DNA from: Nautiliales bacterium
GTDB taxonomy: Bacteria > Campylobacterota > Campylobacteria > Campylobacterales > JAADDX01
NCBI GenBank assembly: GCA_030826765.1
Contig: JAUUDM010000033.1
Location: 6,254-70,253, forward strand
Direction: 5' to 3'
DNA: 64,000 bases
Shown here piece after piece: positions 16,895 to 27,231 of the stretch; positions within the stretch are counted from its first letter, which is position 1, and each line of letters starts with the position of its first letter. Made by a program: the position numbers and the translations under genes. Below the pieces are notes generated by a model. The model was not told the DNA's origin, did no database searches, and saw nothing but the letters and a program-made list of their open reading frames with translations.

Positions 16895-17518
16895 TCCAAA
16901 CTCACTAACTCTCAAACCTTTAGAAAAATCAATATAAATTAATTTATCAAATTTTACTTCCAAACCTGCTAAATATTTAGTAGCAACCATTGCTTCAATA
17001 CTTCCTACAATTCCAACCATTGCTGGCATAACTCCTGCAATTTTATGCTTATCACTAATATTAAAAATATCTAAGTTTTTTTCTTTAAATAGGCAAACTT
17101 GTCCTATCCAACCTTCAACTGAACTATAAAGCCAAGGAATATTTTTATTTTTAGCAAATTTATCTATTTTTTTTCTCACTTCAAAATTATCAGTACAATC
17201 AATTACTAAATCTATTTTTTTATCAAAAGTTTCAAATTTTTCACAAAAATATTCTATTTTCGTTTCACATCTTGCTATTTTTTGAGCTAAAATTTTAGCC
17301 TTTTTTTGACCAATATCATTTTTAGTAAATTGAAATTGACGATGAATGTTATGAATTTCTATTTCATCAAAATCAATAATAAAAATTTCTTTAAGTCCAA
17401 TACAACTGAGTTCCGTAGCAACTACATTGCCAAGCCCCCCTGCTCCCACTATTAAAACAGATTTTTGTTCTAACTTTTTTTGAGCATCTCCAATTAATTC
17501 TATTTGTCTTCTAAACAT
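16889..17518 (-). CDS. ThiF/MoeB/HesA-family E1-like adenylyltransferase
   Basis: RQ, GAGGLG, DFDEIE.HNIHRQ, DCTDN; no CxxC motifs. Confidence 0.88.
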   Translation of the reverse strand: MFRRQIELIGDAQKKLEQKSVLIVGAGGLGNVVATELSCIGLKEIFIIDFDEIEIHNIHRQFQFTKNDIGQKKAKILAQKIARCETKIEYFCEKFETFDKKIDLVIDCTDNFEVRKKIDKFAKNKNIPWLYSSVEGWIGQVCLFKEKNLDIFNISDKHKIAGVMPAMVGIVGSIEAMVATKYLAGLEVKFDKLIYIDFSKGLRVSEFGL

Positions 17519-18798
17519 TTAATTCCTTCGTAAGCTGTATTTATCATTTTATCAATCTCTTTATAAGTTATAACATATGGTGGCATAAAATAAATTACAT
17601 TTCCAAGAGGTCTTAGTAAAACTCCATTTTTAAGCCCATATTTATAGACTTCAAGACCTGCTCTTTTTTCAAATGGATAATCAATCATCTCAATTGCAGT
17701 TATCATTCCTGTTTGTCTAATTTCTTTGACATTTTTTAAGCTTTTAAATTTTTGTATATTATCCCAAATATACTTTGCTTTTTTCCTGTTTTCTCCAATC
17801 ACATCACTTTGTTCAAAAAGGTCAATAGTAGCATTTGCAGCACTTATTGCTAAAGGATTTGCAGTGTAAGAATGTGAATGTAAAAAAGCCTTTAATTTTG
17901 TATAATCACAATAAAACTCTCTATAAATTTCGTCTGTTGTTAAAACACAACTTAACGGCATATATCCTCCTGTCAAGCCTTTACTTAAACATAAAAAATC
18001 TGGCTTAATCTCTGCTTGAAAATGAGCAAACATTGTTCCAGTCCTTCCAAATCCTACAGCAATTTCATCAAGAATTAATTTTACATCAAATTCATCACAA
18101 AGCTCTCTAAGTCCCTTTACAAATAAAGGAGAATGCATTTTCATATTTCCCGCACATTGAACTAACGGCTCAATTATCAAACTACTTACTTGTTTATGAT
18201 ATTTTTCAAAATAAAGTCTTACTTCTTTCAAAGCTTTTTTTGCTTCTTCATCAGTTTGATTTTCTGGAATTGGTAAATGAATTGATTTTATAAGCAAAGG
18301 TGCATAGGTTTTTTTATAAAGTTCTACATCTCCTACACTTAAAGCTCCTATAGTTTCTCCGTGATATGAATTTTTAAGTGAAAAAAACAGTTCTCTTTTT
18401 TCACCTTTATTTAAATAATAATGAAAAGCCATTTTAAGAGCTATTTCAACTGCACTACTCCCATTATCAGCATAAAACACTTTATCAAGTTTTGTAAGTT
18501 TACATAACCGTTCACTAAGTTTCACAGCTCCTTCATGCGTAAATCCAGCAAATATTACATGCTCCAAAATTTCAAGTTGTTGTTTAACCTTTTCATTTAT
18601 ATACTCATTTGAATGACCAAATATATTTACCCACCAGCTTGAAATAGCATCAATATATTTCTTCCCCTCAAAATCTTCTAAATAAACTCCTTTTGCTTTT
18701 TTAATTGGAATAAGTGGTAAAAACTCGTGATCTTTCATTTGTGTACAAGGATGCCAATTAAATTTCAAATCTTTTTGTATAAATTCGTTATTTTTCAT
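17500..18798 (-). CDS. bioA: Adenosylmethionine-8-amino-7-oxononanoate transaminase
   Basis: WHPCTQM, SSWW, DNGSSAVE, YHGET, DEIAVGFGRTG, SKGLTGGY, LRPLG. Confidence 0.97.
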   Translation of the reverse strand: MKNNEFIQKDLKFNWHPCTQMKDHEFLPLIPIKKAKGVYLEDFEGKKYIDAISSWWVNIFGHSNEYINEKVKQQLEILEHVIFAGFTHEGAVKLSERLCKLTKLDKVFYADNGSSAVEIALKMAFHYYLNKGEKRELFFSLKNSYHGETIGALSVGDVELYKKTYAPLLIKSIHLPIPENQTDEEAKKALKEVRLYFEKYHKQVSSLIIEPLVQCAGNMKMHSPLFVKGLRELCDEFDVKLILDEIAVGFGRTGTMFAHFQAEIKPDFLCLSKGLTGGYMPLSCVLTTDEIYREFYCDYTKLKAFLHSHSYTANPLAISAANATIDLFEQSDVIGENRKKAKYIWDNIQKFKSLKNVKEIRQTGMITAIEMIDYPFEKRAGLEVYKYGLKNGVLLRPLGNVIYFMPPYVITYKEIDKMINTAYEGIKCLEDK

Positions 18799-18830
18799 CT
18801 TTTACCCTTTATTTTGGAGTTTTTTTTTAA

Positions 18831-18840
18831 TATAATATCA
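18831..18840. promoter_or_regulatory. Superimposed divergent -10 elements (ppiD plus, bioA minus)
   Basis: Plus TATAAT 18831-18836; minus TGATATTAT 18840-18832. Confidence 0.45.
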
Positions 18841-18866
18841 AAAAACTAAAAAAAAGGCTTAATTTA

Positions 18867-20339
18867 ATGATAACTTTTATGCAGACTCATAAAAAATGGT
18901 TGATAATTACAATATGGATAGCTACCTTTGCTTTCGTTGGTGCTGGATTTGTAGGATGGGGAGCCTATAGTTATGGTAAAAAAGAAGATACAGTAGCAAA
19001 AGTAAAAGATACTCAAATTAGTGTAAAAGATGTTCAAACTATTTACTCTCAACTTTTTAACCAATTAAACCAAGCAATGGGTGGAAAGCTTGATGAAGCA
19101 ACTGCAAAACAATTTGGACTACAAAAAGCAGCATTTCAAAGAGCTTTAACAAGAGCAATTTTAATTCAATTTGCAAAAGATAATGGAATTTATATAACAG
19201 ATGAAGAACTAGCAAAAGACATCACATCAACGACTATGTTTCAAACGAATGGTAAATTTGATGAAAAATTATACAAAAGATTTTTAAAACAAATACATCT
19301 AACTCCAAAAGAGTATGAAAATAATATCAGAAAAGATTTAATGATAAATAAAGTTTTATCTGCTTTATCAACTCCTGCTCATAAAGTTACAACTGATACA
19401 GTAGCAAGTGCCATATTTATGGAAGATAAAGTAGAGGCAAAAATTATAAATGCTCCCAAAATAGATGTAAATGAAAATGAAATTAAAACCTTTTGGGAAA
19501 AAAATAAAAATAATTATAAATCACAAACAACTTACGATATAGGTTATTATTATATTCCTTTAAATGCAAAAGTAAGTGATGCTGAGTTACATAACTATTA
19601 TGATGAACATAAACAAAATTATACAGATAAAGATGGAAAAATATTATTTTTTGAACAAGCAAAAGATAAAGTAAAAATAGATTTATCAGCAAGTAAAACA
19701 AAAAGAGATGCTATCATAACTATGAAAAAATTAAAAAAAGATGAAATTAAGTTTAATATTTCTAAAAACACTCCTTTAATAAATAACTACTTAAATATAA
19801 GTTTAATGCAAAAATTAATTCAAACAAAATTTTTAAAACCTGTATTAACTAAAAAAGGATGGCTAATTGCAAAACTTATAAAAATAAATAAACCTCAAGT
19901 ATTAAACTATGAAAAAGCCAAAAAACTTGTAAAAAATGATTTAATCATACAAAAAAGAAAAGAAGCTTTAATAAAATTAGCTAAAGATAATCTTAAAACA
20001 TTTAAAGGAAAGGATTTAGGATTTATTGGAAGAGAAGATATTCAAAAAGTTGCTAAAAAATTAAATATTACTATAGACGAAGCTGGAATATTTGAACAAA
20101 CACTATTTAATTCTAAAACAGCAACAGGATATACTTTATTACCTACAAACAATCCAGAAAAAGCTATGATATTCAAAATTACGGCACAAAAATTGCTTAA
20201 TACAACAAAATATAAAAAGTATGAAAAAAATGTAGAAAATTCTACAAATCAATTAAAGCAAAATACACTAGAACAAAATTTGATTCAAAAATTAATGAAA
20301 TTATATGAATCAGATATAAAAATATATATGAAAATTTAA
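18867..20339 (+). CDS. ppiD: PpiD-like periplasmic chaperone (SurA N-terminal domain)
   Basis: MITFMQTHKKWL..TIWIATFAFVGAGFVGWG anchor, FQ.NGKFD motif; conserved position upstream of ftsA. Confidence 0.85.
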   Translation: MITFMQTHKKWLIITIWIATFAFVGAGFVGWGAYSYGKKEDTVAKVKDTQISVKDVQTIYSQLFNQLNQAMGGKLDEATAKQFGLQKAAFQRALTRAILIQFAKDNGIYITDEELAKDITSTTMFQTNGKFDEKLYKRFLKQIHLTPKEYENNIRKDLMINKVLSALSTPAHKVTTDTVASAIFMEDKVEAKIINAPKIDVNENEIKTFWEKNKNNYKSQTTYDIGYYYIPLNAKVSDAELHNYYDEHKQNYTDKDGKILFFEQAKDKVKIDLSASKTKRDAIITMKKLKKDEIKFNISKNTPLINNYLNISLMQKLIQTKFLKPVLTKKGWLIAKLIKINKPQVLNYEKAKKLVKNDLIIQKRKEALIKLAKDNLKTFKGKDLGFIGREDIQKVAKKLNITIDEAGIFEQTLFNSKTATGYTLLPTNNPEKAMIFKITAQKLLNTTKYKKYEKNVENSTNQLKQNTLEQNLIQKLMKLYESDIKIYMKI

Positions 20340-20351
20340 AAGGATTAAATA

Positions 20352-21689
20352 TTGAAAACAATTTTAGGTATTGATATCGGTTCTTCAAAAACAGTTGCAC
20401 TAATTGCAGACATAGCAGAAGAAGCTACTATTACTGGAGTTGGTATAACAAAAAGTAAAGGTATCAAAAAAGGTATAATTACAAATATTGACCAAGCAGC
20501 AACCTCTATAAAACAAGCTATAAATGATGCTAAAAGAATCGCTGGTGTAAATGTAAACAAAGCAATTGTTTCTATTTCTACAGCTTATACACAAAGTACA
20601 AAAAGTCATGGAATAGTAAATATACCAACAAATGAAATTACAATATCTGAAATAAATAGGGCTATTCAAACAGCACTCCATAATGCAACTATTCCTCACG
20701 AATATGAAATTATTCAAGCCTTACCTTATAATTTTAAAGTAGATGATGTATCTGATATTGAAGATCCTGAAGGTATGAGTGGAAGTAGACTAGAAGTATC
20801 TGTACATATTATAATGGCTCAAAAGTCAGGAATTGAAAATACTAAAAAGATGCTAAAAATTGCTGGACTTAATATTGATAATATAGTTTTAAGCTCATTT
20901 GCTTCAGCAATAGCAACTTTAAATGAAGATGAAGAACAACAAGGAATAGCTTTAGTTGATATTGGTGCTACTACAAGTGATTTAATAATTTTCAAAGAAA
21001 ATAGCGTTAGATATACAGATTTTATAGGTATAGGAAGCTATCATATTACAAATGATTTAGCAATGGCTCTTCATACTCCTATAAAAGAAGCTGAACATAT
21101 AAAACTAAACATCGATAAATATTCTGATGAAGAAATAATCGAAATTCCTCTAATTGGTGACGAACATAATACAAAAACAGCAAATATTTCACTTATAAAA
21201 GAAGTTATGTCAGCAAGAATCAATGAGACACTTATTATTTTAAATGATTTAGTTGAAAAAAGTAGATTAAAATCACAATTAACTGGTATTGTATTAACAG
21301 GAGGATTTGCAAATTTAGCTAATTTAAGAGAAATAGCTATTCCTATTTTTGGAAACATGTCAGTTAGAATTGCAAAACCAAAAGAAATAAATGGATTGTT
21401 TGATAATTTAAAAGCCCCTGAATTTAGCACGTCTATTGGGCTTGTTATATATGCATTAGGAAATCATTCTTCTTATGAAATAGATTCTAATAGAAAATTT
21501 AGATCAAAATATTCATCACAAATCAATTCAGATATCAATACTCCTAGAGAAATTGATAATGACAATATATTTAACGACAAAGAAGAAGTAACAGAAAAAG
21601 AAAAAATTGTAAATCTAATGGATAAAAAAAAGAAAAATAGCGCATCTATTTTTGAAAGATTTAGAATTTGGCTAAATGGAATTTTTTAA
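20352..21689 (+). CDS. ftsA: Cell division protein FtsA
   Basis: DIGSSK, DIGATTSD, VLTGG actin-like motifs; amphipathic C-terminus; TTG start. Confidence 0.97.
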   Translation: MKTILGIDIGSSKTVALIADIAEEATITGVGITKSKGIKKGIITNIDQAATSIKQAINDAKRIAGVNVNKAIVSISTAYTQSTKSHGIVNIPTNEITISEINRAIQTALHNATIPHEYEIIQALPYNFKVDDVSDIEDPEGMSGSRLEVSVHIIMAQKSGIENTKKMLKIAGLNIDNIVLSSFASAIATLNEDEEQQGIALVDIGATTSDLIIFKENSVRYTDFIGIGSYHITNDLAMALHTPIKEAEHIKLNIDKYSDEEIIEIPLIGDEHNTKTANISLIKEVMSARINETLIILNDLVEKSRLKSQLTGIVLTGGFANLANLREIAIPIFGNMSVRIAKPKEINGLFDNLKAPEFSTSIGLVIYALGNHSSYEIDSNRKFRSKYSSQINSDINTPREIDNDNIFNDKEEVTEKEKIVNLMDKKKKNSASIFERFRIWLNGIF

Positions 21690-21707
21690 AATAAAAAGGA
21701 GTTAAAA

Positions 21708-22850
21708 ATGGATAATGGTTATAAATTTGTAGAAGAAAATGAATATTTAGAAAATGCAAAAATAAAAGTAGTTGGTGTTGGTGGTGGTGGTGGAAATATG
21801 CTTAATTATATGATTGAAAAAGGCATAAAAGATATAGAAATGATATGTGCAAATACAGATGCGCAAGCTTTACAAGCCAACAAAGCACCTATAAAAATCC
21901 AATTAGGAAAAGAAGTAACAAAAGGTTTAGGTGCTGGAATGAATCCTGAAATCGGTAAAGCTGCCGCAGAAGAGAGTTATGATGAAATCAAAAGAGTTCT
22001 TGAAGGAGCTGACTTAGTTTTCATCTCTGCTGGAATGGGTGGTGGAACAGGAACAGGAGCTGCGCCAGTAATTGCAAAAATCGCAAAAGAAATTGGAGCT
22101 TTAACTATTGGAGTTGTTACAAAACCTTTCAAAAGAGAAGGTGCTAAAAGAGCGAAATTGGCTGAAAACGGATTTAATGCTTTAAAAGATGAGTGTGATT
22201 CAATAGTTACAATTTTAAATCAAAAGCTTCTTTCTATTATAGATAGAAGAGCAAGTAGAAAAGATGCTTACAAAATGGTTGATAATGTACTACATCAAGC
22301 TGTAAGTGGAATTACAAATATTATTATTGCTGAAGGTGATGTAAATACTGACTTTGCTGATTTACAAGCTGTAATGAGTCATAAAGGTATGGCACTTATG
22401 GGTATAGGTCATAAATCTGGGGAAAATTCCGCTTATGATGCTTTAACAGAAGCTATAGAATCACCATTACTTGATGATGTTGATATCATGAGTGCAAAAG
22501 GATTGCTAATCAATACAACTACAAATGAAAATTATCCTTTGGTAGATTTTGATGAAGCTATGAGCTCTGTTTTAGGAGATTTGATAGACAGTGAAGATGT
22601 AACTATTATCCAAGGGGAAGCTTACGATAATTCACTTGCAGATGATGAAATTAAAATAACAATTATAGCGACTGGATTTGATGATAATGAAAAAGCAGTA
22701 AACTTAACAAGCAAACCTAGTACTGAAGTTCCAAAACATTTAGATATAAATTCATTAGCAAAAAAAGTAGCTGGTGGAAATGATTTTGGACTAGAATTAA
22801 GTGGAGAAGACATAGATATCCCTACTTATATGAGACATAGTAAAGATTAA
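21708..22850 (+). CDS. ftsZ: Cell division protein FtsZ
   Basis: GVGGGGGN, GMGGGTGTG tubulin signature, C-terminal DIPTYMR. Confidence 0.99.
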   Translation: MDNGYKFVEENEYLENAKIKVVGVGGGGGNMLNYMIEKGIKDIEMICANTDAQALQANKAPIKIQLGKEVTKGLGAGMNPEIGKAAAEESYDEIKRVLEGADLVFISAGMGGGTGTGAAPVIAKIAKEIGALTIGVVTKPFKREGAKRAKLAENGFNALKDECDSIVTILNQKLLSIIDRRASRKDAYKMVDNVLHQAVSGITNIIIAEGDVNTDFADLQAVMSHKGMALMGIGHKSGENSAYDALTEAIESPLLDDVDIMSAKGLLINTTTNENYPLVDFDEAMSSVLGDLIDSEDVTIIQGEAYDNSLADDEIKITIIATGFDDNEKAVNLTSKPSTEVPKHLDINSLAKKVAGGNDFGLELSGEDIDIPTYMRHSKD

Positions 22851-22882
22851 TTATTTAATCTTACTTTTTTCTTACTTTTTAA

Positions 22883-22959
22883 CTCCCCATAGCTCAGCTG
22901 GATAGAGCGTCACCCTGCGGAGGTGAAGGCCACAGGTTCGACTCCTGTTGGGGAGGCCA
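22883..22959 (+). tRNA. tRNA-Arg (anticodon GCG)
   Basis: Acceptor stem CTCCCCA/TGGGGAG, D arm GCTC/GAGC, anticodon arm TCACC-CTGCGGA-GGTGA, T arm ACAGG-TTCGACT-CCTGT, encoded CCA. Confidence 0.97.
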
Positions 22960-23009
22960 ACTAATAAAAATATACTAAAACCAATATCTAAAAAACAAAT
23001 ACTATTTTT

Positions 23010-23633
23010 TTAAGTATCAAATAATTTAAAGAAAATTTTTAAGCTCCTCTTTTCTTTATAACCCATTTTATAATATATTAATTTTAAATACTCTTTTACT
23101 TCTTTTGTAGTTAAACCTAATTTTTTAGCTCTTTGTTTAAGAATATATTGAGGTATTTTTACTTTTGTTTTGAGAAATTTATTTATCAATTTTTCATACT
23201 GTTTATAATTTTTATTTACACAAAATCTTGCAAATACAAATGGTAATTTATATTTTTTATGCCACTCATTAGCTAAATCTTTACAATTAGTTGAGTTTTT
23301 AAAATATCTTTTAAGTGCTTTATCACCTATTATCACTTCACCTTTTAAATTCAAAATTTTTGCTAAAATATTTGAAGTATTTGATTCAAAATCATCTTTT
23401 GTTTGACCTTGACAAACTAAAACGCTCATAACTTTTTTATTTGCAATAATTCCAGCATCAAAACATTTTTTGTTTTTTGATTTAATTGAAGAAATAAATC
23501 CAGCTTCTACTAACTTTTTATCAAAAAGCCTATTTATTTGTGATGGATAACCTTCTTTGGTCTTTATATTATATTTTTTTATAAAAATATGAAAAGGCAA
23601 AAGGTTTAGATAGTCTATTTTACCAACTACCAC
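23010..23633 (-). CDS. mqnA: Chorismate dehydratase MqnA (futalosine menaquinone pathway)
   Basis: GKIDYLNLLPF, ESNTS, IIGDKAL, DLANEW...LPFVFA. Start placed at GTG 23633; the track's longer N-terminus is an alternative frame of the upstream gene. Confidence 0.85.
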   Translation of the reverse strand: MVVGKIDYLNLLPFHIFIKKYNIKTKEGYPSQINRLFDKKLVEAGFISSIKSKNKKCFDAGIIANKKVMSVLVCQGQTKDDFESNTSNILAKILNLKGEVIIGDKALKRYFKNSTNCKDLANEWHKKYKLPFVFARFCVNKNYKQYEKLINKFLKTKVKIPQYILKQRAKKLGLTTKEVKEYLKLIYYKMGYKEKRSLKIFFKLFDT

Positions 23634-25371
23634 CACCGCCTCCACCACTTCCACCTCCACTTGAATCACTTCCAGTAAAACTACTTGATGAGCTTTCACT
23701 TTGTGTATAATTTTTTGTAGTTTCAAAACTATCATATAAATCATCATAAAGTCCGTCAAAATCAGATGTATCCCCTTCATACCACTCTATTTCTTTATTT
23801 AATTCAGAATATAACTTAAGCCAATGCTCACTCACTCCAAATAACACTGCATAAGGTAAAATTTTATCTAAATATTCAGGGTCTTTCTCTAAAAATAACT
23901 TGATTTTATTTGCTTCTACTTTTTGAATAAAATCTTTAAATCCAAGCAAATATCGCAAAATATTAGCTCCTTTAGCTGTATAAACATCTACTTTTGAGCT
24001 AAAATATATTATTGGAATCAAAACTAATAAAATCAAAGGAAAAGGATATTTTAAAGTTTCTAAAATTTCAGTTGAAAGTCCAACAAGTTGAATTACAGGA
24101 ACAATCATAAAAAGTATTTTCATAACTTTTGCTTTAATTAAAAAGAGAGCTATTAAAATAAAAACCATATCAAAAATCAAAAAGACACTAACACCTATCA
24201 CATTTTCATCAGCAATAGATAATGTCTGATATCCTGCAAACACAATAAAAGGTAAAGCAACTAATAAATTTATCATAAAAAATCTACTTTTTGCAGATTT
24301 TGGAGTTTTAGAAAAATAACCTTTTTTTATAGCCCAATTAAAAAGTTTATCTTTTAATGTAGTTATGTTATGTCTCATAACTTTTGCTAAAATTAAATCT
24401 TCTTCTCCTAAAATAAAATAATCTTCTTTTACAAATAATATATCATTTAAATCTTTTAAAAATGGGCTCAATTCTTTATCTGATTCTGTTTTTTCAAGTA
24501 TTATTTGTTTATCTTCTTTTTTAATTTTCAAATATCCTTTTGTAGCAAGTTCTAAAATAGCGGCTGTTACATCTTTATCATTAAATTCTTCATCTATTAA
24601 AACACCACTTTGTAAAATATCAAAGTTTTTAGGAGGATAATATTGCGGAGCAATTGGACCTAAATGAACGATATGTTTTTTATAAAAAATATAACTACCT
24701 ATTGAAAAAACAATTACAAAAAACCATACCCACAAATTATTCGGCTGAGGCTTTTTATAGGCTTTGATTAAATTTTTATCAAAATATATTCCAACTGTTA
24801 ATCCATTTTTTGGTGGTAGATCATTAAGTGTTATTAAATAGTTTAATTCATCTATTTTTTTTACTTTTGCAGTAGTTGTTGTGCTTCCATAAACTCCACT
24901 AAAAGTTTTTATAGTGGCATTTTGTAAAATAGCAGGAAGTTTTAAATATATTTTTGCTACTTTTATAGGAATTTCCCATTCTGTCCCAACTGCATTAAAT
25001 CTAATTGTATTTAATTTATCATTATATTCTCTAACAACTTTGTCCATTGTGTACTTAATTTTATAAGTATGCACACCCGTTACTAATTTATGAGCATCCC
25101 CTATTCTAATAATCAATTTATTATCTTTTGTTGCAGTTACTAATTTAGCAAAGTGTTCATCCATACTTACACTAATATTTTCAGGCTTTCCCCTTAAAAT
25201 AGGAATAAAACGAAAAATTCCGTGTTTTTTAACTTCACCAAAATTATAAGTTATAACTTCACTTACATTTAATTTTCCATTTTGAGATACATTTAAATAA
25301 ACATCATATTTATCAATTTCTTCAGCAAATAAAGAAACAATAAAAATAAATAATACTAGTAACTTTTTCAT
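23620..25371 (-). CDS. DUF2207 family membrane protein
   Basis: Signal peptide, HGIFRFIP, several TM helices, LPYAVLFG..W, C-terminal GGGSGGGGGGSW. Confidence 0.92.
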   Translation of the reverse strand: MKKLLVLFIFIVSLFAEEIDKYDVYLNVSQNGKLNVSEVITYNFGEVKKHGIFRFIPILRGKPENISVSMDEHFAKLVTATKDNKLIIRIGDAHKLVTGVHTYKIKYTMDKVVREYNDKLNTIRFNAVGTEWEIPIKVAKIYLKLPAILQNATIKTFSGVYGSTTTTAKVKKIDELNYLITLNDLPPKNGLTVGIYFDKNLIKAYKKPQPNNLWVWFFVIVFSIGSYIFYKKHIVHLGPIAPQYYPPKNFDILQSGVLIDEEFNDKDVTAAILELATKGYLKIKKEDKQIILEKTESDKELSPFLKDLNDILFVKEDYFILGEEDLILAKVMRHNITTLKDKLFNWAIKKGYFSKTPKSAKSRFFMINLLVALPFIVFAGYQTLSIADENVIGVSVFLIFDMVFILIALFLIKAKVMKILFMIVPVIQLVGLSTEILETLKYPFPLILLVLIPIIYFSSKVDVYTAKGANILRYLLGFKDFIQKVEANKIKLFLEKDPEYLDKILPYAVLFGVSEHWLKLYSELNKEIEWYEGDTSDFDGLYDDLYDSFETTKNYTQSESSSSSFTGSDSSGGGSGGGGGGSW

Positions 25372-25928
25372 AAATCTATCTTTGGCATTTTACTAACTTC
25401 ATCTCTCTCATCTGCTTCTAATTCAAAATATGGTAACTCTTTAAATCCAAATTTTTGGGCTACTAAATTTGAAGGAAACATTTGAACTTTTGTATTATAT
25501 TCTCTAACAGTTGCATTAAAATATCTTCTTGCATTAGAAATAGTATCTTCTGTATTTTTAAGCTCATTTTGTAAATTTATGAAGTTTTCATTTGCTTTAA
25601 GCTCAGGATAAGCTTCTGCAAGAGCAAAAATTCCACCTAAACTTTTATTTAAAATGTTTGATGCTTGAACTTTATCTTCCAAAGAAGTTGCATTTGCAAA
25701 ACTATTTCTTGCTTGAATTACTTTCTCAAGTGTTTCTTGTTCATACTTTTTATAACCTTTTATCGTATCAACAAGTGCAGGAATAATGTTATATCTTCTT
25801 TTTAGTTGAACTTCTATATCTGACCAGGCATTTTGAATATATTGTCTAAGCTTAACTAATGAATTATATATCGAAACAACATATAAAATACCCCCAACAA
25901 TAAGTCCCAAAAATATCCACAATCCCAT
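25368..25928 (-). CDS. lemA: LemA family protein
   Basis: YNSLV...AWSDIEVQLKRR..LAEAYPELKANENF...RRYFN...FPSN. Confidence 0.95.
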   Translation of the reverse strand: MGLWIFLGLIVGGILYVVSIYNSLVKLRQYIQNAWSDIEVQLKRRYNIIPALVDTIKGYKKYEQETLEKVIQARNSFANATSLEDKVQASNILNKSLGGIFALAEAYPELKANENFINLQNELKNTEDTISNARRYFNATVREYNTKVQMFPSNLVAQKFGFKELPYFELEADERDEVSKMPKIDL

Positions 25929-25939
25929 ATTAACTCCTT

Positions 25940-27214
25940 TTATAAAGCATTTGCAATTAATTCAAGCGGATGTTTAAAAATAACATCACTTTTATTATTA
26001 TTTAGTGCTTCTGTAATCTGAATTCTACATGCACTACATTCTGCTGCTACGACATCAGCTTTTGTTTCATCAATCATATCTGCTTTTATTTTACCAGCCT
26101 TTTGTGCTAAATCAAATTTTTCAGTTTGCATTGTAATCCCACCAAATCCACAACAGATATTAGGGTCACTCATTTCAATTAAATTATAATTTTTTTCTAT
26201 TAAACTTCTTGGTTCTTTATAAATTCCTTGTACTTTTCTGAAATGACAAGGGTCGTGATAAGTAATTTTATCATTTTGCATAGCTTTTTTTGCTAAAAGT
26301 TCATTTAAATTTGTTTCTTTATAAAGCCACTCAGTAGCTCCAAAAATTTTAGAATTAATTTTTTTATGTTTTTCTAAATATTCAGGGGCATACTCTTTAA
26401 AATAGTGTTCATAATCCACTTTCAACATCGCACTACAAGTCGCTTCTGGAACTAAAATTGCATCAACCTCATCAATCCATTCACTAAAATAATCCATATT
26501 AAATTTACTAAGTTTATCAGTAGTATCAAAATCTCCAGTAAAATAAGCAGGAGCAGAACAACACATCTGCTTTTTAGGAATAAAAATATCAATATCAAGA
26601 GCTTTTAATATTTTTACTAAAGCATCTCCAACCTCAACAAAATTATAATTTGCCAAACATCCTATAAAAATAGCTACTCTTTTTTTTGGATTTTTTGCTG
26701 GAATTTTTTCAGGATATTTATTTAAAAATGATTTTTTCTTCATACTTGGGAGAAGTCTTCCTTTTTTAACTAAAGGAATTGAAAATTTACTTCTCATTGC
26801 ATTTTTTTCTTCTTCTATCTTAAATCCACAAGTTTGAAACATATAACCCATCTTAGCTACTAAATCAAATACTTTTCTATGTCTAAGTAAATAAAAAAAG
26901 ACTCTTTTAAACCAACTAATTCCATATTTATCTGCTATATCTTTTCTTACATTTTCAATAGCAAAATCTGTTTGCAAATGGTTTGGACATACTTGCACAC
27001 AATTCGTACATAAAAAACAACTTTCAAAAATATCTTTTGCATTTTTATCAAGTTCAATATCTCCATTTTGATAACCAGCTAAAAGATCTAAAAATCCTCT
27101 TGGAGATGTTGTTTCATCTGGATTCACTCTATGAATTGTGCATTCTGGAATACATTTACCACATTTTATACATTCATCACTAATTTCTCTAAAATTAAAA
27201 ATATTATTTTCCAT
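25940..27214 (-). CDS. GlcF/GlpC-like Fe-S oxidoreductase (2x[4Fe-4S] plus two CCG domains)
   Basis: CIKCGKC...C, CFLCTNC...CP, GC...CC, YHDPCH...CCGFGG...CSAC. Confidence 0.9.
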   Translation of the reverse strand: MENNIFNFREISDECIKCGKCIPECTIHRVNPDETTSPRGFLDLLAGYQNGDIELDKNAKDIFESCFLCTNCVQVCPNHLQTDFAIENVRKDIADKYGISWFKRVFFYLLRHRKVFDLVAKMGYMFQTCGFKIEEEKNAMRSKFSIPLVKKGRLLPSMKKKSFLNKYPEKIPAKNPKKRVAIFIGCLANYNFVEVGDALVKILKALDIDIFIPKKQMCCSAPAYFTGDFDTTDKLSKFNMDYFSEWIDEVDAILVPEATCSAMLKVDYEHYFKEYAPEYLEKHKKINSKIFGATEWLYKETNLNELLAKKAMQNDKITYHDPCHFRKVQGIYKEPRSLIEKNYNLIEMSDPNICCGFGGITMQTEKFDLAQKAGKIKADMIDETKADVVAAECSACRIQITEALNNNKSDVIFKHPLELIANAL

Positions 27215-27231
27215 ATAATTTTGCCTTTTAT

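Noticed and set aside
18820-18828. Homopolymer tracts (T9 here, T9 at 48959-48967) as phase-variation switches
   Set aside because: A/T runs of this length are expected in such AT-rich DNA; no long poly-G/C tracts typical of Campylobacterota contingency loci were seen.
22883-23010. tRNA-Arg as an integration site for an island
   Set aside because: No duplicated tRNA 3' end or adjacent integrase seen; the flanking genes are core.
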